Of a DNA stretch of 64,000 bases, positions 11,067 through 20,246 are shown one piece after another (position 1 is the stretch's first letter; each line of letters opens with the position of its first letter). The position numbers were made by a program, and so were the translations under genes. The DNA is taken from contig QPMI01000236.1 in assembly GCA_004431415.1 (NCBI GenBank), forward strand, positions 1-64,000, in the 5' to 3' direction. The notes beneath the pieces were generated by a model that was not told the origin of the DNA, made no database searches, and saw only the letters and a list, made by a program, of their open reading frames with translations. This DNA is from Cyanophora paradoxa CCMP329. Its lineage: Eukaryota > Plantae > Glaucophyta.

Positions 11067-13659
11067 ATGAACAAAATCGAGAAATTCGCCACCCCTGTTG
11101 AAAATGCTACATTCCTTAGTACTCTCATTGGTGATCGCAACAAGGTCACCCATGTATTTGATTCTGCCGAAGATGCCCTTGAAGCCATTGATAATAGCAA
11201 GGTTAAGACCTGGGCTGAATGCATTCAACCTGAGCAAGTGACCAGAGTTTACCTGGACCTGGATAAATTCGCTGATTTGAAGGAGAACATTGCTGATAAC
11301 TATGCTGAGGCGGAAACTGTTGTAAGAGAGATGAGAGATAAGCTATGGAAGCGATCTGGTACCACTTCTATTAACGATATTGCTGTTGCAGTTCGCCATA
11401 GAAGGGTTTATTTGATTAAGGAGGATGTCACCAAGTTCAAGATTTCAGCCCACTTTATTATTAAATCGCTTGCATGCAAACATGAAGATATCCCAAGCTT
11501 TTCAAAGCGATGGGATTGGTGAAAAATGAGGATTATGACAGTGGAGTTTACAGCTCCACACAGAACCTAATCTGCCTCAATTGCTGCAAAGGTGAGACTC
11601 TGGATGCTCAAAATAAGTCGAAAAAAGATGTTGATAAAAACGTTTGCTTTAAGAAATTCGTTGACTGTGACAAAGTGTTAATGCGAAATGAGGACTTCTT
11701 TGTATCTTACTTCTCAGCTACTACTAAACTTGTGGATGAATCAAATATTTCTGCATTTGCAAATTATACTCCTGAGCCAAAACCAGTTAAAAAGGAGCCA
11801 AAAAGTGATAAAGTGAAGACTGAGAAGGTAGAAGCTGAAAAAGACACTGAACCCGAAAATCCTGTTACTTTCGAACTGCTACAAAGTGTTATAATGGGTC
11901 TCAATGCTGAAAGAGCCAGCGAGTATAAGACTTGGATTGATGTTGGACTGGTCATCATCAATGTTGGGGAAGACAACAAATTTACCCCTAAAATGCAGGC
12001 TGAACTCTTCCACCAATTCTCAGAACAGAGTGACAAGTATGATTATGATGAATGCCAGGAAAAGTTTACACAGCTTTGCAGAAGCAAGAAGAAGGCTGAG
12101 CCTGGCAAAGTGTTGACCTTCAAATCCTTGGTTTATTGGTTGAGCAAAGATAACAATGAGCTTTTCAAGGAACTCTTCCCCAAAAAGTATGCATTCCTAC
12201 CAGAGGACACAGATGAAATCGATTACAAGACTGCAAGTATCCCTCCTTTGGCTGAACATTACAATGTGCATAAGAGGTATTTCAATGCTCGCATGCATCA
12301 TGTTGAAAATGTTGGTTGTGTGATGCTCTGGGATGAACAACTACTTTGCTGGATGCCCAAAGACATTGGAAAACTGTCTACAAAGCATTTCCCCACTTGA
12401 TGCATAAGGTGATTGTGAATGAGGGGACAGATAATGAGAAAGAGAAATGGGAGCAATCATTTAGGAAATGGATTGTGGATCCAACAGCCACAAGATCAAC
12501 TTACATGGATTTCCTCCCACCTCCTGCTACTCTCAGTGCAAAATGCAAGTCTGTATTTAATCTCTATCCAGGAATGAAGGTCGACCATCAGCAATTCGAA
12601 AATGCTCCAGAGGATGTAACTGCTGAGATGATTAAGCCTTTCCTTGATCACTTGTTCTTAATGTCTGGTGAGGATCAAAATACCTATGAATATCTGTTGA
12701 AATGGTTTGCCCACATGCTGCAAAAGCCTGGGGAACTCAATGGAGTATCCTTAATCTTCATTGGTGAACAGGGAACTGGTAAGAATGTGTTGGTTGATAC
12801 TTTCCAAAAGAAGATACTTGGAGATGCCCTGAGTTATGCAACTGGTAAGCCAAAAGAGGATCTGTTTGGTCGATTTGCCCACAATAGAGAGGATAAGATC
12901 TTGATTGTTGTGAATGAAGCCTCAGGCAAGGACACATTCGAAAATAATGATATGCTTAAAGATCTCATTACTTCTGATAAGATTGTTATTGAACACAAAG
13001 GGATAGATTCATACACAAAAAGCAACTTTGCCAGGATTATATTCACCAGCAATAACAACATTCCAGTTAAAATTGAAGCTGGAGATAGGCGATTTGTGGT
13101 TGTTGAAGTTAGTAAGAAATTCGCAAAGGATAGGTCATACTTCCTTCCACTTGTAAAATGGCTTAATGATCACTGCAATATTCGAAACATTGCCCACTAT
13201 TTGAGAACCAAAGTTGAATGTGAGGATGTGAACTGGATTGCTGATAGACCCCTTACAAATAAATACTATTTAGCCCAGCAGGTGTGCGCTCCAATCATCC
13301 TTATGTTCACTAAGTGGCTTGTGGATCGAGGCTTAATTTCCGAGAATAAATGCAAGTCTGGTAGCCTTGTGGAAACCTGGAAATGGTTCCAGGAGTTCAT
13401 TACCAGCAATAAATATAAAAACGATTATAATAGTCGCAGATATTATACAGAAATGCGAAGTGTTACATATATCCAAGTGAAAACTACAAATGGTAAACAA
13501 TACTATCATTTCCTATTCCCACAAGTATTTGAGGAATTCAGAAAGATGAAGCTTGTAGATGATGAGACCATTGAGGAAGAAGCTAATCCAAGGATGAAAC
13601 AAGAACTACCTGCTGCTGATCCTGATGCATCAGATTATGACTCTGATGTTGAAGTTTAG
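11067..13659 (+). CDS. AEP primase - PriCT-2 - SF3 (D5/DUF5906-like) helicase fusion (two frameshifts, near 11500 and 12370)
   Basis: AEP motifs RVYLDLD, KISAHF and DSGVYS. PriCT-2-like segment ASEYKTWIDVGL...FHQFSEQSDKYD. Helicase Walker A GEQGTGKN, Walker B VNEA, IIFTSNN and DRRF. Confidence 0.9.
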
Positions 13660-13668
13660 GTTTACTCA

Positions 13669-13851
13669 AAAGTGGACTCACAGTTGACTCAAATTTATCA
13701 TAAAAGACCCAAACAGTCTTTTATTTATGGTTTATTTATCGATTAGGTTGACTAAGTGGGGGGAGTTGACTCATTTTTTCACAGATTCTAAAAGAGGACT
13801 CTGCCCTAAAAAGAAATAAAAAGTGCCTCAACTCCACCCACTAAGTCAACC
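13669..13851. promoter_or_regulatory. Iteron/inverted-repeat module 1 (candidate replication origin)
   Basis: aaagtggactcacagttgactca, then a 24-bp inverted repeat ggttgactaagtggggggagttga (13746) / tcaactccacccactaagtcaacc (13828), immediately after the helicase stop codon. Confidence 0.6.
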
Positions 13852-13918
13852 AAAAAATGATTTAAGAGATAGAAAAATATATTTATATGTAACTAGTAAG
13901 AAATGGCTGGAACAGATC

Positions 13919-15766
13919 ATGCTAAAGAAAGAGTCCAAAGCTAGAGAACTAATCGATTTCCTGTTCACCAATATTCCAATGAATGAACTCACAGATGAGC
14001 AAAAGGCTATTTACAGGGCTACTAAACACTGTTACCTTTGCAGTGAGAGGTTCACTAAGGAAAACTTCAAATGCAGAGATCATGATCACCACACAGGTAA
14101 TTACATTGCACCTGCATGCAGAAACTGCAATCTCCATAGGAGAATCTCAAAGCAAACCAAAGTTGCAGTTGTTGTTGACCAAATGGATGACTGTGGGACA
14201 TTCATTTTCAGAAAAATAGCAGGCATGGGTGATAAAAAGCGAATCGAAATCCTTTCGAAAAACTTTGATCAATACCTTTCATTGCAATGGGGTCTTTACA
14301 AGTTCATTGATGCAAGTAATTTTATGGAATTTGGGGCTGCTGATGTAGATGAGTTAATGGACAAATTCCAAGCCTTCAGAAGGCTTTCACACACAGTATA
14401 TGGATTGGACCCAGTTCATTATGTATCTGCACCTGGGTTATCTTGGGATGCTATGCTTAGGACCACCAAGGCAAAAATAGAGCTTATAAGTGATGTAGAG
14501 CAATACGAATTTGTTGAGAGGGGAATCAGGGGTGGCTTTGCAACAATGCCTTGTAGGTATGCTGAGGCTGATGGTGAGAACTCCCATATAATGCTGTTTG
14601 ATGCTAACAACTTGTATGGCTACTGTTTGAGTCAGCCAATCCCAGTTGGTGATTTTAGATGGGAGACCGAATTCAACCCACAAGATAACAGATCCAGTTT
14701 CCTGGAAGTTGATCTGGATTACCCAATTAGGCTATATCTAGACCACAGTGATTTCCCCCTAATTATTAACAAGAAAATAATAGATTATGCCGAATTATCA
14801 CAATATCAAAAGAGCCTATTAGATCTCTCAGGAGAAGAGCTTGATAAGACCCCTAAGCTAACTGCAACCTTTGGTTCTGTGACCAACTATGTGATTTCTG
14901 AGCCTCTTCTACAGTATCTGTTGGACAAAGGGGTGAAACTAAAGAAGGTTCACAGGGTCCTATCATTTACTGTGGCTCCTGTAATGAAACCCTACATTGA
15001 GCTGAATACTGAGATGAGAAGGAAAGCAGTGAATAAATTCGAGGCTGATTTCTATAAACTCATGAATAACTCAATCTATGGGAAATGCATTGAATCTTGC
15101 AGAGGTAGATCTGTGGTTAAGATTGCAAACAGTGAGAAACTGTTTATGAAATATGCAGCCTCCCCATTGGTGAAATCAACAAGTCCCATAAACGAAAAAG
15201 CAGTTGCCTTTGAGTTTTACACAAAGCATGTGAAGCTAGATAAGCCAGTTGCTATTGGGGCTTATGTTCTGGATGCAGCCAAACTGCATAACTACAAGTT
15301 CTTCTATGATACTGTAAGGTCCCAATGGACAAAAGCAAAGTTACTATTCCATGATACTGACTCCTTTTGTCTATATATCGAATCTAAGACCCTACAAAAA
15401 GATATAGAGAATATATCCTTTAATCTGGACTTAGGAGGACCTAACAGAATGACCCCAGGTAAATACAAAAATGAAATGCCAGGTTCTGCTATATTGGAGT
15501 ATGTGGGTCTCAGAGCCAAAGTTTACAGTTTCAGAACTGCTGAGATTGAGAGAAGTAAGCTATCTGGGACTTCCACTGAGGAACTCCAATTTAATGATTT
15601 TAAGCAGTGTTTATTTGCAGGTATCAGCAAGACTGTGACTGCAAAGCAGAAGAGAAGGGCAGATCACACAATAATAGATACTGTGAGTAGAAGGGTTGCC
15701 CTAAACTGCTTTGATGCAAAGAGATACATCTTACCAGATGGTATTAATTCTGTTCCTTTTAATTAA
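13919..15766 (+). CDS. Polinton-type family B DNA polymerase with EndoVII-like Zn motif and degenerate exonuclease domain
   Basis: CYLC...RDHDHHTGNYIAPACRNCN; YGLDPVHYVSAPGLSWDAML; IRGG; motif A FDANNLYG, motif B KLMNNSIYGK, motif C HDTDS; KVY. The true start may be ATG 13903 with a frameshift; the frame is open from 13823. Confidence 0.92.
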   Translation: MLKKESKARELIDFLFTNIPMNELTDEQKAIYRATKHCYLCSERFTKENFKCRDHDHHTGNYIAPACRNCNLHRRISKQTKVAVVVDQMDDCGTFIFRKIAGMGDKKRIEILSKNFDQYLSLQWGLYKFIDASNFMEFGAADVDELMDKFQAFRRLSHTVYGLDPVHYVSAPGLSWDAMLRTTKAKIELISDVEQYEFVERGIRGGFATMPCRYAEADGENSHIMLFDANNLYGYCLSQPIPVGDFRWETEFNPQDNRSSFLEVDLDYPIRLYLDHSDFPLIINKKIIDYAELSQYQKSLLDLSGEELDKTPKLTATFGSVTNYVISEPLLQYLLDKGVKLKKVHRVLSFTVAPVMKPYIELNTEMRRKAVNKFEADFYKLMNNSIYGKCIESCRGRSVVKIANSEKLFMKYAASPLVKSTSPINEKAVAFEFYTKHVKLDKPVAIGAYVLDAAKLHNYKFFYDTVRSQWTKAKLLFHDTDSFCLYIESKTLQKDIENISFNLDLGGPNRMTPGKYKNEMPGSAILEYVGLRAKVYSFRTAEIERSKLSGTSTEELQFNDFKQCLFAGISKTVTAKQKRRADHTIIDTVSRRVALNCFDAKRYILPDGINSVPFN

Positions 15767-15885
15767 GAGATGCCAGCAACTGGAAGAATAGTTAGAAGAA
15801 CCACTGAGCAACTGCAAGGTAACCTACTGCCCATCACAATTCCAAAGGAGGAAAAGGGGAATCTCGAATTGTAAAAAAGTCAGAG

Positions 15886-17154
15886 ATGAAAGAGCTTGTC
15901 CCAGTAGAGATCCCAGTTGCTATTGCAGTGAAAGAAACCAGCAAGATTGCCAAGAGATTCTATGATGTGAGAACTGGTTACAAAGGGCTTCAAGCTATGA
16001 GGGCTGAGTTACCTGATGAATCCTATAAGCAGTTGCAAGAGTTCTATAAAAAACAAGAGGTAGTTCAGATCAATGCACCAGCTATATCTAGGAAGAGAGA
16101 TCCCATGGTTCCAATTAGGCAGCCCCTTGATACCTATGTGATTGATTTGCTCTTTTTCCCAGCTTATAAGAAACAAAACAATGGCTATGATACCTTTATG
16201 ACTGCAATGGAATCTACACTGAGAACTGGGTATATCATACCTATAAGGGATAAATCAGCTCTCACTACATTAGCTGCATTTAAACAGCTTGAAATGAGAG
16301 TGGCAAGACCAATAGTAAAAGTTCAATCAGATGCTGGGAGTGAATTCCAAAATCGAATATTCCAGGAGTATTTATCTAGTAAATTCATAGAACACCAAGT
16401 GAGTGGAACTGCTGACCATAGAAGCCAAGGTCGAATTGAAGCCTTTAACAAGCAGATTAAGAGACTGATCACAAACTATTGCATAGCTAATAACACAGCT
16501 AGATTCTTTGATGTGTTAGGTGATATTGAGTATAATTACAATAATACAGTTCACTCAGCTACTAAGATGAAGCCAGGCGAAACTACAGAGGAGCATTATA
16601 GGTATATAGTGGGATTAGAAGATGAAAGATTCAAGAAATCAATAGCTTACCTTGATACCATGCAGCCTGGCATGTTTGTTAGAGTGAAAGTTGAGAAGAA
16701 CCCCTTTGCTAAACAGGGTAACAATTGGTCTAGGATGGTTTACACTGTTGATAGTAGGGAAGGCTTTAAGTTTAAGCTAAGGAGTCCCACTGGAGAGATC
16801 ATAGATAACAGGTTTGCATTCCATGAGCTGTTGCCTGTGAATGCAGTTGAATATCTAGAAACCCCTACAGTGGATGCCTTAGAGCAAGCCAAAGAGGAAG
16901 CTAGGGTTGATGCTGCTATAAGGAGAGAGGGCATAGAAGCTGCTAATGAAGTCCCAGATAAGCCTTTGATAGAGGCTAGAAAGGACAAGGCTGGGAAAGT
17001 TAGCAGGGAACTCAAAAAGCTCACCATAGCAGGCACACAGAAACTTTCAGAAGTGAATAGCCAGAGGTGGTATAATGACTTTCAGACTACTAAGGAGTCA
17101 TATACAGCCCCTAAACCTCAAAGAACACTAAGAGAAAGGACCAAAACTAGCTAG
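15886..17154 (+). CDS. Retroviral-like (rve, DDE) integrase of Polinton type
   Basis: YVIDLLF (D), QSDAGSEF (D), QGRIEAFNKQIK (E), YNNTVHSATKMKP and a C-terminal GMFVRV...FAK...NWS..VYTV. May start at ATG 15770 with a frameshift. Confidence 0.93.
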   Translation: MKELVPVEIPVAIAVKETSKIAKRFYDVRTGYKGLQAMRAELPDESYKQLQEFYKKQEVVQINAPAISRKRDPMVPIRQPLDTYVIDLLFFPAYKKQNNGYDTFMTAMESTLRTGYIIPIRDKSALTTLAAFKQLEMRVARPIVKVQSDAGSEFQNRIFQEYLSSKFIEHQVSGTADHRSQGRIEAFNKQIKRLITNYCIANNTARFFDVLGDIEYNYNNTVHSATKMKPGETTEEHYRYIVGLEDERFKKSIAYLDTMQPGMFVRVKVEKNPFAKQGNNWSRMVYTVDSREGFKFKLRSPTGEIIDNRFAFHELLPVNAVEYLETPTVDALEQAKEEARVDAAIRREGIEAANEVPDKPLIEARKDKAGKVSRELKKLTIAGTQKLSEVNSQRWYNDFQTTKESYTAPKPQRTLRERTKTS

Positions 17155-17522
17155 TTTCATAGCCGAAAACTCGTTTTTTCCAAATATATGTATGTGTGAT
17201 ATACATATATGCATATGATATACACATCAACGTGTAGATCTTCTCAAGCGCTTCACAACGCTATGCAGAACGCTGCAAGTTGACTATCTGGTGATGAGAT
17301 ACAAGCGTTTGAAGATGCCGATTATCGATTTTTCGAGATTTCGGAATGATGCATCATAATGATGTAATAATGATGTATCATAAACATATAACATATATAT
17401 ATCGCCGTGATCGTCATGATCTCCCGAGTTCGATGGTGTGTCATATATATCATATACATTTGCATCGTCATTATGACATCATTTCGTAAAATTACACGTC
17501 CGTCATCGTCTTTTTCCGCAGC

Positions 17523-17731
17523 GAACAGATAAGTGAACAGTTAAGGAGACAACTATTGTAATAGTGGACTGCAACAACAATTGAAAACAAGATATGCGGG
17601 AAAGCTATTGAAAGACAATGAAGCAAATTGCGAACAATTAAGTGAACAGTTAAGTGGACACCTGTTGGGAGTAGGCAGTGTCTACTCGTTTATCGTGAAA
17701 CGGTGTCCACTTAACTGTTCATTTAACTGTT
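17523..17731. repeat. 12-bp iterons (AACAGTTAAGTG) forming a 30-bp inverted repeat
   Basis: aacaattaagtgaacagttaagtggacacc (17633-17662) versus ggtgtccacttaactgttcatttaactgtt (17702-17731); an extra direct copy at 17523. Confidence 0.8.
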
Positions 17732-17948
17732 GACGAAAACCCATGCATTATGACATCATATCATTAAACCACATACAAAACACTAAAATGCATGTATCTC
17801 TTCACCAACTCATCATGTGACAAAACCAAAAACAGATTCGGAATCCTCTTAACGAGGCCTGCCTGACGATGTAAGTATCATAGGCTCAATAATTCATATG
17901 TTTATAAGCATCTCCCCTTGATTCCCCCTATTATATAATATTTATATT

Positions 17949-18385
17949 AAAGTGGACTCAAGGTTGACTCATATTAATCGTAAAAGTAGTAATAGTATAT
18001 GGATTTTGTTACGAATTCAATGCAAGGGTTGACTAAGTGGGTTGAGTTGACTCAAATTTCACAGGAAATATTTGGGACCTAAAGTTTTCTAAAAAGGATT
18101 TCAAAAAATGTGTCAACTCCCCCCACTTAGTCAACCCTGACCATAAACAGTAAGGATTTGAGCTAACAAGTATCACAAAGTGAACATTTTGAGTCCACTT
18201 AGAAGATCCACTTTTGAAATCCAAGTTGATTTTGCTTGAAATTTCAAAGTTGATCTAAAAGTGAGTCCACCCTGATTGATTATGGTAACAAAGTTGACTA
18301 AGTTGACTAAGTTGAGTCATCTTAAGAAATTCAAAGAGACTAAGAGTTCAAAATGTTTATGAAAAGTGAGTCAACTTAGACCACT
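17949..18385. promoter_or_regulatory. Iteron/inverted-repeat module 2 (candidate replication origin)
   Basis: aaagtggactcaaggttgactca, an inverted repeat at 18025-18051 / 18112-18138, and further aagttgact / gagtccac copies to 18385. Same architecture as 13669-13851. Confidence 0.6.
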
Positions 18386-18397
18386 TATGATAACAAA

Positions 18398-20088
18398 GTC
18401 AGGCGAAGCCTCTTTCTCAAACCCAAAAACCGCCGACCGAAATTCCTTTTTTAACCTTTTTTTCCACTCGAGATCCCCCCTGCTAAATAATTTCCGTGTC
18501 ACACTCCCTCGAAGCAGAATTATTAATTCTGCCTCGACACGGACGCGATTGATGGACATTACACAGCTGCCCGAACCGCCACAGACCCCTCTAGATCCAT
18601 TTTTAGCGTCCTGGCTCCCCTAAGACGACCGCTCCCCCGTGGGCGTCGCGCGAAAATCGAATTTCCCTCTGGATCAATTCCGGTACTTAACCCCCGACAA
18701 ACACAGTCCGAGTCAGAAGGTGGGACCCGGTCCCGCCCGGTCCCGCGACGAAATCGCGCCAGGGACGCCCCAGAACGATACAGAATGACGCGCGAGGGCG
18801 AGCGCATCGCCGCAAGCTCGATTTCGGGCGCCCTCGATTCTCCAGTCCGAAGAATCGGCCGAACATTTGATCCGGCCGGTCCCGCCCGGTCCCGCGACGC
18901 GCGCAATCGATGCGTACCGGCGCGCATAGACATAGCAGGGCCTGCGCACCCCCGAAATCCGCTTTCGGAGCCAGAGCAGCGCAGGAAGGCTCCCGACGGC
19001 AAAAAATCGATCCTGCACAGTCCCGGGCAACTTTCCGCGCGCCGACGCCGCGGCGCATGCGCGGATCGATAGCATAAGCATTTGAGATGTAGGAGAAGCC
19101 TTTTGCACGGTCTCTAAATGCGCCGGGCCACGAGGACCCAGCCGACCCCGAAAATTCGATCCTCTACAGACCTGAAGACCTGTTCTTGCGCCCTCGCATC
19201 CTCGCGCATGCGCATCGCTACAATATTCATTTCACATTTTATTGAAGCCTTCCACAAGCTTTGAAGACGCGGAAGAGCACGAGAACCCAGCCGACGGCAA
19301 AAAATCGATTCTGAACAGACCCGGACATCTTTCCGTGCGCCAACGCCGCGGCGCATGCGCGGAACAATATGATAAGCATTTCAGATGTAGACAAAGCCTT
19401 CCGCACGCATTGCAGATGTGCCGGGCCGCGAGGACCCAGCCGACGCCGAAAATTCGATCCTGGACGGACCTGCACAGCTTTCCGCGCGCCCTCGCATCCT
19501 CACGCGTGCGCATCCCTACACTAGTAATTTGAGATCTTTCTTAAGCTTTTCGCGAACTCTAAAGATGCGCATGAATCCAGCCGACCCCGAAATAAAAGAT
19601 GAATCCAGCTGAATCGCGAACTCTAAAGATGCGCATAAAGATGCGACAGGGCGCGAGAATCCAGCCGACCCCGAAAATTCGATCCTGGCCAGGCCTGCAA
19701 AGCTTTCCGCGTGCCCTCGCCTCCGCAGCCCCGCACATCGATGCTATATGCATTCAAGATTCTGTTTAAGCGATTCGCAAGCTCTGTGCATGCGTCTGGC
19801 CTTGAGAATCTCGCCCCTCCCGGGCCTCCCTCTCAACAATATTATATAATTCATCTCCTCTCAACTTGCTCCGGCATCCCTTTATTTCCTCAGTACATTA
19901 ATATTCCTCTAGTTATATTCCTCTAGCCGGCCAGCGCTGGACAAGTACTGGCCGTCAGCCAGCCAGCTTCCGGATCCAGCCAGAAAGCTGTTCGCGATCG
20001 GCCAGGCCGCTGGCCAGTGCCCTATAGGCCTACTGTGACAGCCGCGAGGGCGTCCGCGAGGCTTCGCCGTACTTAGTGCTCCGCAGGA
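18398..20088 (+). mobile_element. Non-autonomous Helitron2/Helentron-like element, copy 1 (3' end clipped)
   Basis: 5' GGCGAAGCCTC near the start, subterminal GAGGCTTCGCC followed by a truncated hairpin, and internal ~150-bp tandem repeats. Confidence 0.6.
18990..19730 (+). repeat. ~150-bp internal tandem repeat with alternating a/b subunits
   Basis: gccgac...aaaattcgatcc recurs at about 18993, 19141, 19290 and 19439; mirrored in copies 2 and 3. Confidence 0.8.
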
Positions 20089-20246
20089 ACCCAAAAACCG
20101 CCGACCGAAATTCCTTTTTTAACCTTTTTTTCCACTCCAGATCCCCCCTGCTAAATAATTCCCGTGTCACACTCCCTCGAGGCAGAATTATTAATTCTGC
20201 CTCGACACGGACGCGATTGATAGACATTACACGGCTGCCCGAACCC

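Larger units (their letters stand above)
1..18397. mobile_element. Endogenous Polinton-like virus / Maverick-type element (left end outside window; right boundary approximate and may continue at 23148-23510)
   Basis: AT-rich, intronless, densely packed block with DJR major capsid, two pentons, A32-like ATPase, primase-helicase, Polinton-type PolB and rve integrase. Sharp compositional contrast with the GC-rich, intron-rich host genes downstream. Confidence 0.93.

Noticed and set aside
1-12400. Viral genes as decayed pseudogenes or programmed frameshifts
   Set aside because: Many breaks are fixed by restoring one base in short homopolymers (e.g. ATG C[C]T CTC, AGG G[G]C ATT), and catalytic motifs are intact. 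HYDIN also shows apparent indels in GC runs (about 37090 and 39690), so assembly error is more likely. Reads are needed to decide.
14025-14135. EndoVII-like HNH motif as an intein or homing endonuclease
   Set aside because: This Zn-binding motif is a regular part of this Polinton PolB group, and no intein splicing motifs are seen.
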